Shown here piece after piece: positions 1 to 13,067 of a stretch of 64,000 nucleotides of DNA. A model generated the notes under the pieces. That model had not been told where the DNA came from, did no database searches, and saw nothing but the letters and a program-made list of their open reading frames with translations. The translations under genes were made by a program, and so were the position numbers. The DNA comes from Kondoa subrosea (lineage: Eukaryota), in contig BCIN01000007.1 of the NCBI GenBank assembly GCA_039545335.1, positions 1,046,530-1,110,529 of the forward strand, given 5' to 3'. How positions within the stretch are numbered: position 1 is the first letter of the stretch; each line of letters opens with the position of its first letter.

Positions 1-2657
1 AGATCGCCTGAAGCAGGTGCGCCTCCAGCTTCTTCAAGCGCTGGTGGTTCATCATCATCTTCTGCTGCCGCTGAAGAAGGTTGATCGAGTTCAATACCGA
101 GACCGAGAGACAACATCTTGTAGATGCGGCCAGCGACTAAAGCAGGGATTGAGCATCATGTCAGCATACAGATAACGACTACTCACAGTTAGCAGGCTGT
201 TCGAGCGCGAATCCGGAAGTGAGAGCAGCAGTTTCGAAAAGAAGAACCGAAAGATCGCGAACGCTGTAGGAACGTGCGACATGTGAGCTTGATCGTAGCA
301 AAAACATCATCAAACGCAAGCGTACGTCTTATCTGCAGCATCTTCAGCGACCTTGTTCTTCAGCTCAATGATGATAGGGTGAGAAGCGTTGAGTTCAAGA
401 GTCTTCTTGCTTTGCATGTATGAACTCATTGAAGAGTCACGAAGAGCTTGAGCCTTCATGATACTATTGCGGAGAGACAAATAAGCTTCAAGAAGGAGCA
501 ATATAGAATCTCATGCACTTACCGTTCCATGTTACTCGACCAGCCGAATTGACCGGTTGTAAGAACAGCAGGAGAGTCGCTGAGCAAGTTTGAGATGACG
601 ACCTTCTCAACCTTGTCACCAAGGTTGTCCTTCATGACTTTGGTCAAGCTTTCGAAAGCAGCTTTCGATTCTTCGTTGGCTTTCTTCTCCTCATCGGTCT
701 CTTCCAATTCAAGACCGTCTTTGCTGATGCAAACAAGCTTCTTGCCTTCGAATTCTTTGAGCTGAGTGACAGCGTATTCATCAATGGCTTCAACCATCAA
801 CAAAACTTCAAAGCCTTTCTTTTTGAAAATTTCGAGGAAGGGAGAGTCTCTGACTTGAGCAAGTGATTCGCCAGTGAGGTAGTCTGTACGAGGCAGGGGC
901 TCTTTAGTATAAAATACAATGCAACGCCATCGGTAAACGCACAGATGTTCTTCTGGAGTTCAGGCATGCGGGTGATGTAGTCCTTGAAGCTGGTCATCTC
1001 TTCGCCAGACTTGGTGGAGTGGTAACGAAGGAACTCAGCCAACTTGGTTCTGTTGGTAGAGTCTTCGTGAATACCAAGCTTCAAGTTCTTTCCGAAAGCT
1101 TCGTAGAATTTCTATGAGTAAAGTCTTGTATCAGTATATTGAGTCATACACCTAACGAGCAACTCACAGCGTAATTCTCCTTGTCTTCTGCGATCTCGGT
1201 GAACATATCAAGTGATTTCTTGACCAAGTTCTTCTTGATAACTTTGAGAATCTTGTTTTGTTGGAGAGTCTCACGAGAAATGTTTAGAGGAAGATCTTCA
1301 GAATCAACAATACCCTGTCAAAGTGATACCCGAGAATCAGACTATAATCTAACTTTTGGCATGCGACAACTGACCTTTACGAAGTTCAAGTATTCGGGAA
1401 TGATATCTTCGCAGTCATCCATAATGAAAACACGACGAACATAAAGCTTGATGTTGTTGCGCTTCTTCTTTTGTTCGAAAAGATCGAAAGGAGCACGCTT
1501 GGGGACGAAAAGGATGGCACGGAATTCAAGTTGACCTTCAACTGAGAAGTGCTTGACGGACATGTGATCTTCCCAATCGTTGGTGAGGGACTTGTAGAAG
1601 GCACCATACTCCTCTTGTGAGATATCTTGAGGATTGCGGGTCCATAGAGGCTTGGTCTTGTTGAGCTCTTCAGTCTCGGTAGTTTTTTCCTTGATCTTCT
1701 TGGTCTTTTTCTGTCGGTCGTATATACCAAATCAGCTGGAGTAATCAAACAGACATGCATACGACCGACCTTCTTGTCAGCATCTTCATCAATCTCCTCA
1801 ATCTTGGACTCTTCCTTTGGTTCCTCTTCCTCTTCAACTTCCCTCTCGGTCTCTTTCTCAACGGTAAGCTGAATAGGGTAAGAGATGAATTCAGAGTGTT
1901 TCTTGACGATGTCCTTGATTCGGCGTTCTTCAAGGTATTCAAGCTGATCTTCCTTCATGTGGAGACGCAATTCGGTACCTCGACCAATTGATTCACCTTC
2001 ATCAACTCGGATGGTGAAAGTTCCTCCAGCAGCAGATTCCCAAATGTATTGCTCGTCATCGTTGTTTTTGGTAACGACTTGAACGGTGTTGGCAATCAAG
2101 AAAGCAGAGTAGAAACCGACACCGAATTGACCGACTGATCAATCTCTAATGTTAGATCATGTTAAGCAGAACAATGGAACTTGAAACTCACTCATGCTAA
2201 TGTCAGCACCTGATGAAAGGGCTTCCATGAAAGCTTTTGTGCCAGACTTGGCGATTGTTCCCAGCTGTGCGTCAACTACTGGGTCAGCATGTAATCAAGC
2301 GGACCAAGTTGGGCAAACGCACGTTGTTAACCAAATCAGCCTTGGTCATACCAATACCGGTATCCCTGATGCACAAGACTTTGTTCTCCTTATCGGGTGT
2401 CAAACGAACATAAAGATCTTTGCCGCTGTCCAATTGAGATGGGTCGGTCAAAGAAGCATAGCGAACTTTATCCAAAGCATCTGAAGCGTTGGAAATCAAT
2501 TCACGAATAGCAACTTCTTTGTTGCTGTAGAAAGTATCTGTCAAACCACCGCCCCATTAGTTCTCTATGTAACTGATAAAGGGATGAACTGACTGATGAT
2601 CAAATCCAACAACTGAGTGATCTCAGCTTGGAAACCGAAAGTCTCAACTTCAGCCAT
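1..2657 (-). CDS. HSP90: Heat shock protein 90 (multi-exon; C-terminus runs off the window start)
   Basis: Spliced translation [102 protein letters not shown] at 2657. Confidence 0.98.
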
Positions 2658-3021
2658 GTTGTCTTTTTAAAAGAGTAACTGTAACCATTCATAATCAATC
2701 AGCTTCCTTAGATCTCGAAGAAAATTTGGGCAATTGCAAGAATGCGCAAAGAATAGAAACCATTTGCTATGAGACCGCTACTGGCTGCTAGAGCTACCAG
2801 ATACAAGCTTGTCATTCATAGATGCAATGCAGTGCTCGCAGAAGGCCAGCAAGAAGCGAGGGTGAAAGGTATCAAGGCGCATGAAAAAGTTGACCAAGCA
2901 ATCCTACGAGAGCCAGACTGGTAGAGTAGAGCTTCAGCGACTCACGTTGTGTAGGTTTGTGCGAGGTTGTAGCAGCTAATTAAAGAGGCTAGGAGTCTCG
3001 AGGAAAGGGAAAGAAAGGATT

Positions 3022-3084
3022 GCGAATTCGCGAACGACACTTCGCAAAAAATGGCCACTTCTCAGAAACGTCTCGAAGGTTCGA
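3022..3084. promoter_or_regulatory. Heat shock elements upstream of HSP90
   Basis: GAAacGTCtcGAAggTTC at 3065-3082 (alternating nGAAn units, one mismatch) and TTCgcGAA at about 3027-3034, upstream of a probable 5'UTR intron (about 2679-2945). Confidence 0.7.
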
Positions 3085-3735
3085 TAAAAGACTTCAAAGT
3101 ACAAAGCAAGCTTGCATTTTGGGGTATATCTATTGACTTCATTCTGCTAATACTAGCTCAATATCGAGCTCCCATCTGCTCTGCCCACAGAAACACTTGA
3201 ATTCTTTTGATTGCGATGAAACTTCCCTTGAACTAGCTTGAGAAGAGCGATGATTGGAATAAATACAGCCTATGATTATCGACGTAGATGTGAATAGACA
3301 GAAAGAGATATTGCGAAAATTGCGTTACTTGATATCTTGACCGATCGAACGAAAAGATGTATAGACTGCTTGAAGGTAATTCACTGCAAGACTGCTGATA
3401 TGTTGACAAATTTGGTGAATAAATACTGAAAGACTTGGTGTATTGTACTGAATGTAAATAAGAGAAGGTGATCTTGAATGGATTGTTCTGTTCATAGTTG
3501 ACAATCTTGAAGATTTGTTTTGCCTGGCTTTTGACTATATTGCTTAGTCGTTGGAGTCTTTGATAATGGACGTGAGAATGAGAACGAGAGTGATGGTACA
3601 ACCCGAATCGAAGGGGAAGAGAAGGTAATACAAGATGAAGAGAGATTGATAAAACAGGTACCAAGCGATATCTGTGGATTGGCGATGTCTACATTAGCTG
3701 ACGCCAAAATAACCATCATCCTACTCACGATCAGC

Positions 3736-4926
3736 TTAGACGATGACAATCCTTTTCCTCGCCGGAGCAGGTAAATCGCTCGGTTTGGGAGAATTATGGA
3801 AATCCGGCCCAGCATACTTGATTTCTCCACTGAACAGGACCGTGCCCGAGGTTGAAGAAGGTACAACGGGTGATGAAACGCTCTTCTTTTGCATAAGAGG
3901 TTTCTTTGGTGAAGTTGCCAATGTCCTTGATGAAGTGAAAACATCTTCAATTGGTGTATCTTTGATGGTTAGTGAAGAGAGAGTAGGTATTGGTGAGGAA
4001 TCAGAGCCAGAACCTTCGTTTCTTGATCGACCTCTTTTGATGTGAGGCTGACGTTTAGTGGGCGAAGTCCGAGCTGGAGCTGATTTGGTAGGAGCGGGTT
4101 CACTCAACAAAGATTGCTGCCATGTTAGATTCGACTGAGCTGGAGGGGTGGGACGTGATTGAGGTGTTGTTTTCTTAAAAGTCAACGTTGGAGCGGGTTG
4201 AACTTGAGGAAACGTGGTTGTTGTTGAAGCTGAAACAGTTGAATCGTCCACTGAGCGACTACCAGCTAAGAGAGTCTGCTGCCATGTTAACGAGTCTTGT
4301 ATTGGTCTTTGACGAACGACAGGCATATCCCAATCTGAAGCCGTATTCTGGGCAGTGCGAGTATTTGAAGATGGCTGTACTTTAGGCGTCTGTTTGCGAT
4401 TCAAGAAAGAAGCCGTAGGGGCAGACTTGGAAAGGAGAGATAGAGGAGAAGCAGAAGAGTCTTCAACTTGAGCATCGCTTGACACCGCAAAACCAGGTGA
4501 GTTGGTAGAGAGCTGAGATCTGGCTCTTCTGCCTTTGCGAGTGTTCTTTATGGGCGAAGAACTTTGCTGAGACCTAGCTTCGTCTTGCTCTGAAGCTGAT
4601 CGGTCCATTGTTGTTGGGTTGTTGGCTTGATCGCTATCGCTTGCATTCCTCCTGCTCTGCCTAGCTCTCCGCTTGGCCTTGTCACTCCTTGGCTGCTGTT
4701 CTATCATATCCTGAGGTGCTGGCTCATTGCTTGAACGAGAGGCAGGTCGACTACCCGACGGAGACAAGTTTGGGCTAGGTCTGTTGTTCGGGAGTTGTAG
4801 TGATTTTCGCTTTGAGGCTTGCGGTTTAGGTGCACTGAGGGATCTCTGATGGCCTGACCCGTTCGGCCTTTGTTTGAGGGTCTTTGAGGGGAGTTTGATG
4901 GGGGACGAGTCAGACATTCTGGTCAT
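3736..4926 (-). CDS. PNRC/Edc1-like mRNA decapping activator (disordered, single exon)
   Basis: 396-aa S/P/R-rich ORF ending in KYAGPDFHNSPKPSDLPAP, matching the YAGxxF...SPxPxxLPxP Dcp1/Dcp2-activating motif of the PNRC2/Edc1 family. Confidence 0.8.
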   Translation of the reverse strand: MTRMSDSSPIKLPSKTLKQRPNGSGHQRSLSAPKPQASKRKSLQLPNNRPSPNLSPSGSRPASRSSNEPAPQDMIEQQPRSDKAKRRARQSRRNASDSDQANNPTTMDRSASEQDEARSQQSSSPIKNTRKGRRARSQLSTNSPGFAVSSDAQVEDSSASPLSLLSKSAPTASFLNRKQTPKVQPSSNTRTAQNTASDWDMPVVRQRPIQDSLTWQQTLLAGSRSVDDSTVSASTTTTFPQVQPAPTLTFKKTTPQSRPTPPAQSNLTWQQSLLSEPAPTKSAPARTSPTKRQPHIKRGRSRNEGSGSDSSPIPTLSSLTIKDTPIEDVFTSSRTLATSPKKPLMQKKSVSSPVVPSSTSGTVLFSGEIKYAGPDFHNSPKPSDLPAPARKRIVIV

Positions 4927-5142
4927 GCAGATTCAGCCTCAACACCATATGAGGGCCGTTGATTCGTTGCTCACTTTGTAATGTCTTGTATAGACTACCA
5001 AGCAGTTTTCTATGTCTTGACTTGCGAATGGTTTCGAACAAGAAGAGACCTCAAGAGGCGGATATGGCAGAATCGGCCTTGCCCGCCTGATTTTGTAAGC
5101 TTTCTTTCTTTCTCTTCCCTCTCTTTCCTCTGCATCCTGCGC

Positions 5143-6487
5143 ATGCTCAGATCGCTCATCAGATCTCCAATCGTATCCTCAGCAACTCAAGTACCTAAAC
5201 GAAACATGTCCAAAGCAGGAGCATTCACGCAAGCTGTCATAGGCATGCATGACTTCATTTGCTGAGCTGCCTTGTACTCACTCATAATGCAGACAGAAGG
5301 TCGCACTATAATCTGGGTAAGACAGACATGGGAGACCAGAAAGTAAGTCTTCCCTGTACACTTTGCGAAGAATTTGAGTGATCTCATTGATGAGCAAAGA
5401 TCATGGATGTAGTCAACACCTGCATCAAGTATGCCCGTAAGTACTCTCTTTTGCTCCTGCCTGAACTTGCTCTCCGTCGAAAATCGAGCTAATATTTTGT
5501 TGTTGACAGCATCTGCCTTCAACTCGCAAACTGCTAGAGTTCTCTGCCTTTTCGGAGATGATCACGAAGAGCTCTGTAGGCTCAAGACTCTGTCTTGTAT
5601 CTCATATGCTGATAAGAAACGAAGGGAGAGACATCATCAAACAAGTCCTTACTCCTTTGACACCAGATGAAGCCAAAGAAGGCATGATGAAGAAGATGGA
5701 TGGTTTCACTAACGCTCATGGAACTATTCTGTTCTTCGAGGACCGAAAAGCTGTTCAAGACCTGGAGAAGTGAGTTGACATTCGCCTAATTTTCTATCCT
5801 ATCTCTTCCCACGTCCGATTGACTTGTGCTTTTATCTCCTCCCGTCGATTTTCTACCGATTCCTCTTTCAACGCTTCTCTCAATATTATAGATGAGCTGA
5901 TGCTTCTCGGCTTGACAGCGGCTGTCCTGCTCAATTCAAAGGCCTTGTCGAATCTTGGTCCAGCCATTCTCACGGCTTGAACGTCAGTCTTCTGAACCAT
6001 TTCCACATTCCGAGCTTGACGTTCATCGCTACGTATATTTAGTCTTTCGCTGTATGGACCGCTTTGGACCAAGATCTAGATTTAGGGGTAAGTGACTGCT
6101 TTGAAGTCTCTTAGGACTCTTCACTGATTGTATCGCAGTGCAATCTCCAAGTAAGCAGAAATTCCTATTATCTTGCTAACAGGCTTTGACCATCTGCGTG
6201 ATCAGCATTACAACCCTATTGTTGACTCTCGTATCATTTCACGTTGGGAAGTACCTCAGACGTATGCTCTTTCCTCTCATTCTTCTGTCACTGTATCGAT
6301 TGACGTCGAGCAGGTGGGCATTACAAGCTCAACTCGTTTTCGGCACTAAGAAGGACACACCAAAAGAAAAGACTTTCAAGGTATGTAGATTGTTTCAGTG
6401 TAAGACTTTGTGCTTATGTCTATGCTTCTTCTATTACTATAGCCTTTAGAAGGCGATAGGGTTCGGGTCGCCGGTACCAAGATGTAG
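5143..6487 (+). CDS. Nitroreductase, Frm2/Hbn1 family (multi-exon)
   Basis: Spliced: MSKAGAFTQAVIDRRSHYNLGK..PSAFNSQTARVLCLFGDDHEEL..HGTILFFED..VWTALD..QHYNPIVD..WALQAQLVFG..KEKTFKPLEGDRVRVAGTKM*. Confidence 0.88.
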
Positions 6488-6934
6488 AAAGTCCGAGCTA
6501 TTAATCGAGGCTGAAGATGACGTTGTAAGGGCAAAAGAAGCAAGATATAGACATGTGCAATGCATAGACTTGTCTCACGTATTTAGCACGTCAGAATCGA
6601 GATTAGCACACGAAGTTTTACCGAAGGCTGATCGTGTCCTGAATCTAGCACAAAGGTCTCTAAGCTACAATCAATACCGCTTGCTTAATAGATATACCTC
6701 GGGTCTCGGCAGTACGTGTCAAAATAGCGTGCGCCGTGTACAGAGCGAGCAGTCAATCAGAAGACAGATTCTAAGTCCTTCGCAAACAAGGTCAAGACGA
6801 ATTAACTTCGAAAGTTTCGATACCGGACTACCTACCTTCAGCTACGCTCTCTTCCTCCCTTCTCTATACCATAACTACAAGCAGCAGATAGCTGGCGGCC
6901 CAAACTGGCGTCCTTTAACAATTCCAAGCAAGGA

Positions 6935-9375
6935 ATGAATTCCAGCTACACGCATCGACCTTTGCACACAACAGCACCTTCTTCTTCTATTGCTGGACCC
7001 TCAGGTGGTGCTGGTCCTTCCAATGTTGGGCCATCAGGAGGTCCTGGGAATCCTAGAATAGCAGATTTACTGGATTTCGTTAGACAAGAGTTTGATTTGG
7101 TCGCAAACGATGCTCATGCTATCAAAGTGCAAAACAACGAGTTTGAGACTCACAGTGCGTCGCGTTGCACTGTTGAGCTGTGTATGGCAGCTAACAGTTG
7201 CTCGGGAATGCACAGGTCATCAACATTTGAAGGAGATGCAAGCGCTTAGACACAATTTCATGGATCTAGAACGAGAGCACCTGAAGATCAAAGAGCAGTA
7301 CGTGTTTTACTTTATCCTCAGGTTCGGCATTGATCGCGCGAGAAGGTACGAAGAAGAAATACTTAGACTTAGAAGAGACTTAGAAGCAGCGTAAGCCTAC
7401 GCCCGTCTGCAAAGTAAGAGACTCGCTAATACGGAGCAACAGACAACATGGATCTGCAGGAGGACCTTCGCATCCAGCTCAACACTCGTTACCTCCTCCG
7501 CAGCAACAGCAACAACCTCTTTCGCAACCAGCTCATCAATCGCCTAGAGAGACTCGAAGCGGTTCAGGACCTACACCTGCTCCACCTCAAGTAGGTCATG
7601 GACCTGCCAACTTGTTCGGAGGGATTATGGCAGGACCACAATCAGCCAGAGAACCGGCAACAGGCAGAGAATTTCCACCTATGAATACTGATGCTCATAT
7701 GTCCTCCTCAGCAAGAGAATCTTATTCCAACGGATGGGATAGAAGTAGACCACCTCCAGCTGAAGATCCACACCCAGCTAAAAGGATGAGAAACGATGAT
7801 CCTCCTCCTCCTGCTAATTCGAATTATGCTGGAACTCCTCCTTATACTAGTTTGAAAACTTCTCAACCTTCCTCTAACCCTCAACAACAGCAACAAAGAC
7901 CTGCTGTTGGAACTCCTACTTCCGAAATGAACCCAGAAACGATACCGAAAGACATGAAAAAGGAAGGAGCGGATTGGGTGACTATGTATAATCCGAAAGT
8001 GCAGAAAACTTTGGATGTAGAGTTGGTGCATACTTTGAAGCATGATAGGTATGTTTGTTCATCAGAATAGCAAAGCAAATGCTCAATCTCCGTGGCAGTG
8101 TCGTTTGCTGTGTCAGGTTCTCTCCGAATGGCAAAGTATTAGCTACAGGCTGTAATCGCAATACCAACTTATACGATACCAAGACTGGCATGAAGCAATG
8201 GTAGATTTCTCGTTTGCCGCAGTGTTTGGCGCGGTGCTAATTCATTACTATAGTTCTCTAGCAGAAGAAGTACCAGGACCAAAAGAAGACAACTACATTC
8301 GAGCAGCTTGTTTCAGTCCAGATGGCAAGTCCATCGCAACCGGATCTGAAGATCGAACGATTCGAGTATGGGATATCGCAACGCAACGAGTCCGACATTC
8401 TTTCCATGGTCATCGAAGCGAGATCTATTCTCTAGCTTTCTCACCAGACGGAAGATTCCTCATGTCTGGATCTGGAGATAAATCAGCTCGGGTTTGGGAT
8501 ATGGAAACTACTACCCAACGATTCAATCTTTTGGTTGAAGATAACCCAACTGAAGGAGCTCCTGCTGTAGATGCTGGAGTAACAAGTGTTGCTGTATCAC
8601 CTGATGGCAAATTATTAGCTGCTGGAAGTTTGGATACGATTGTTCGACTATGGGATGCTACGACCGGAGCTCTTTTGGATAAACTGAGAGGTCACAAAGA
8701 TTCAGTCTACTCAGTCGCTTTCTCCCCAGATGGACAATGGCTCGTCAGTGGATCTCTGGATAAGACACTCAAGATTTGGGATTTGCAACCCTTGCAGAAA
8801 GCTCAAGCTGCTGGAGCTTCCGGTTCGGGTGTTACAAGTACTGCTTCTGGTAATGGAACGCCTGCTCCTGCTTCGGAAGGAGATGTTAAGAAAGAAGGGG
8901 AAGCCCAACCTGCAATTGATGAAGGCGGAGGAGCGAAAACATCGTGCATGGCTACTTTGAATGGTCATAAGGTCAGTAGTATCAATCTTCCATGTGTACT
9001 CTGCTGAGATATTGGTCAGGATTATGTACTTTCGGTCGCTGTTTCGCCAGATGGGAATTGGATCGTGTCGGGTTCGAAAGATCGGGGAGTATCGTTCTGG
9101 GATCCGAAAGCCACTTCAGCGGCTGTTGTGTTGCAAGGTCACAAGAATTCAGGTCAGTGACGCGTGCCGCTATCAGAATATACTGATCTGGAGCATTTCA
9201 TCACGACAGTCATTTCTATTGCTGTATCGGAAGCGATCTCAGAAGGGGCTGGTCTATTAGCTACTGGTAGCGGAGACTGGTCATGCAGGTGAGTAGACAT
9301 ATGCTGCGGTGTTGCTTTTTCAGCTCAACATGCTGTCTTTGCAGGATCTGGAAGTACGCACCTATTCAGAGCTAG
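6935..9375 (+). CDS. TUP1: General transcriptional corepressor Tup1 (WD40)
   Basis: N-terminal [32 protein letters not shown] coiled coil; WD40 repeats [63 protein letters not shown]; ends IWKYAPIQS*. Confidence 0.95.
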
Positions 9376-9540
9376 AACTGAGTAGATATGAAGTACATTA
9401 GGGGAATTGTAAGGCAGAAAGAGATGTAAAGGCTTTGCGCCGCGTGAAAGACGTCGTGTAGCGACGTGAAGCCTGTTTTCTGAGGCAGAGACACTTTTCG
9501 CTTGAGCTTCCTCTCCTTTCTCGAGACCACGATTTTCAGA

Positions 9541-12500
9541 ATGGTCGCGCCTCGTAGGTCTGCACGTATCAAGGTCGACACCGAGGAGCATGAACCTGTT
9601 GTTGATGAGCCAAATCAAGCAATCAGTGATGTTGAAATCCCAAGTCAGTCCTTCAATCCTTATGAGTTTTGTTCAGGGTTGTAATACCTCTAGTAGATGA
9701 CAGTGCTGGGTCTGTAGTCGAGGACAAGACATCTGTCGAGAAGAAGCCTGTAAAGAAAGCTGCTAAGTCTACTAAGAAGCCCGCTGCTAAGAAAGTCCGC
9801 AAAAGCGAAGGATCAGCGTCTTCTGATGAGGAAAACTTCGACGAGGAGCTCTCTGGTGCGTTGACAAAGTCTGCTTGCCACGGGCGTGCTCATGAGATAT
9901 GCAGGCGAAGAAGACGAGAAGAAGCCAGCCAAGAAGAAGAAGAAGGCTAAAGTCAGCGGAGGTGTGTCTGATCATGGTTGTCACGGGCATGAGCTGGCTG
10001 ACTCCAAGCGAGGCGGCACTTCCATCGCGCCTCTCAAACGCGGACCTTTGCGCGGTAGATTATCGCACATTAAGGATCTACCTGTTGAAGCGATGTACTT
10101 CTCCGGATATTCCTCTCTGTCTCTGTCACTGATTGTAATTCAGCATGATGATCCTATCCGAAATGGAGCCTCTTGAACTCGTCCGCCTTAGCAGAACCTC
10201 GAAATGGTTTAGAGGAAGTAAGCACGACTCTCGTACTCGTTGATCAGATGCTCATTATTTGCAGTTCTCTTCAATCGTCGTGACGGCGAACCAATTTGGT
10301 TGGCTGCTAAGCAGAACTTGGATTTCCCAGATAATCCGTACCTTTACTTCACTCAGATACGCTAAGATGCTTATGTACGTTCAGTGAGGACATGATTTTA
10401 CCCGCTTGGGCTGCTTTATGCTTCGAAAACGAATGTTCGGTCTGCGCCAAAAAGGGCGTCATGAAAGTTGATTGGGCTTTGCGAAAACGTCTCTGTGGCC
10501 CTTGCGCCAAAGCCAGTATGGATCGTTCAGTCCACCGCTAGTTCTGGATTTTCTCACTGTGAGTATAGATGTCGTGCTCACGTACAATCATGTCGCTTTT
10601 ATGGTGAATACACCTCGAGCTGATCTCATTCGATCAATGATTGCAACCCCGATCGGTACTTCCAAGAGTCGCTACAACTGGGGCATGTCAAGAGACGGCG
10701 TCAATTACCCTCACTTAGGCAGTAGTGCGTCGCACAGCTACTGTACGTAAAATGGCTATAAATCAACTCGAGTCTGACGTGAGTGCGCAGACGTATTCAA
10801 GCCTGACGTCGATGAAGCTTTGAAAATGGTCAAGGACTACAGCCCGCCGTAATTCAAGCTAGGCTACCACTGTATCCAGCGCTGATGCGATCTCTCCACA
10901 GGCAATTCATCAGCGATCCAAATCATTCTCGCTTCGTTGGCTATTCTGAGTGCAACAGGCTCAAAAATGCCTATCGTGAAAGTTTCATGAAGAGTCACCC
11001 TGACGTGGCTGCTCGTCTTGCTATGCGCGATCGACTTGACCGAGATCATCAAGTATGTAGATGACTCTTTCCTTCCAGCCATGCTGAAGTTTCGGTTGCT
11101 TAGCATATCTCGAAATGCAAGACTTGGATTGAAGGCCAGAAGGAGACCAAAAAGCAATCCAAGAATGATGTTATTGCTGACCGAAAGGCTGCCATCATCG
11201 CTAAACTTAAAGAAGATGGTGAAGACGTGGACAATCTGCCACCTGGATTCTTTGATCAGTGAGTGCACCGTATGCTGTGAAATTTGGCCATGCTCATGGG
11301 AAATAGTACGGTCTTCAATCAAGAGTCAGTGAGGTCAAGTGCTTACACTTTCTTCGCGCTAAGCCATGCCGACAGTCGCCCTCTAACGGGCGCTATCTGG
11401 AAGAACAGCAAACCCAAACTTGCTGAACACCTCGAGAAGTTGAAGACTCGTAAGCAGCTAGTCCGGAATTTTGCATGAAGTACTAAGTTGCTATGACCAG
11501 TTGAGCAATCTCAAGAGATTTTCAAAGACTGGACACAAAGCCGCTTGCCAGATTTCAAGGCCACCGACGCCTACGTCAAGGATCATGCCATCCCTGTCAA
11601 TCCGGCTGACGCAGCTAACTTGCCTTCGATTGCTGATCTCTTGAATTCTGCTTGCAAGGTAACATGGCCATTCTGCCATTGCTTGCTAATTGGATTTTCT
11701 GTTAGTGGGCGAAGTACCGACTGAAGAACAATGGACTGCGGCTATCGCTGCTCTCCCCGCTGAAATTGAGGAATGGCGCGAAGAGATCCAGTCTAACGCT
11801 CGCAAGCTCCTTCCTGCAAAGTATCGACAGAAAGGTGACATTCCTGCTCTTGAACGAGCCAGTGAGTGTTCAAAGCTGAATGCCTTCGTTATTCACGTAA
11901 TCTCATCATTTTCTTGATAGACGTCGTCTTCCGTTACAATCCGCAGGGAGAATTGGCAAAACAATCCAAGCAAAAGAAAGGTCTACGTAAATGGCAGAGA
12001 ATGACAGAACAAATGGCTGTATACCGGTGCGGGTCATCAATACAATTTTTAAGTGCAATTCCACTGACTCTCAGATTCGTAGTTCTGGTTTCAACTTTCA
12101 TGATATTCTGACTCATTCCTCGCAGAAAGCATTGAAAACCGAAGATTATCGTAAGCAATCGTTTGCTTAGCTTTTTCATATTTCATGCGCACTGAACTTT
12201 GGCTGCAGCCTACATGGAAGGCAGCTTACAAATACAGATGGACTTTGAGAATTTTGTCTTTGATGAAGAACGTGCAAATGCTCTTACATCTTTGCTCAAG
12301 AAAGGCGACATTGATCCTGCTGCTACAAGTGTGACTGACATCAATGCTTTGGGCGGTCGTTGGGTACGAACTACTTACCCAATCCCTGTGAATTACGAAC
12401 ACTTGGTAAGCGCTCGTGAAAGTCAGCCAGATGTTTCTCATAAGCGGTCCAGCGCTCCTTTGATCTGCTCGTAGTCAGTTGCAGCGAATTCAAGTGGTTT

Positions 12501-12709
12501 AGTCAGAAGGAGGAGAAGAAGCTCGAGGAGCAGTGAGTGAACTAGCTATTCAGACTCTTTCCAATTCTCATCGTAATGTTTCCACTTGCAGGAAGAAACC
12601 CATCGACGCCTGGTTGAAGAAGAGTCAGAAAGCGGCGAAGAAGAGAAAGAGAGTCGACTCAGACGAGGAGGAAGAGCTCGGCGCTGATGATGACGACTAT
12701 ACTGGATGA
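9541..12709 (+). CDS. F-box domain protein (many exons; exon structure approximate)
   Basis: K/E-rich N-terminus, then LSHIKDLPVE..MILSEMEPLELVRLSRTSKWFR (F-box-like) and ECSVCAK..VDWALRKRLCGPC. Acidic C-terminal end VDSDEEEELGADDDDYTG*. Confidence 0.72.
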
Positions 12710-13067
12710 AGTTTCGACACGAGAAATTGAGGAAGAGACAAAACGATGAACACAGAAAGAGAAGAAAATACCAAAACAACTATGCCAAATCACTTTCATT
12801 CTACATGCCATATTAACAACCTTGTATACTTTACCTAGCATTGAATCGTACTTTATCTTCACATTATCGAGTTCCTTGTCGACATCACCGACTGACAACG
12901 GTTGACGAGGGTTGCGAGGAGGGGGGTTGCCCTTAAACCACGCATTTCGCTAAAATCTTAGCTTCCTGTATACCACTCTGCGCTAGGACAAGGCTAGATC
13001 TACGTGACGCTTTGTGATATACCTACTTTAGGCTCGCTTTTTCTTTGGTCCACGTCGATACTTTGTC

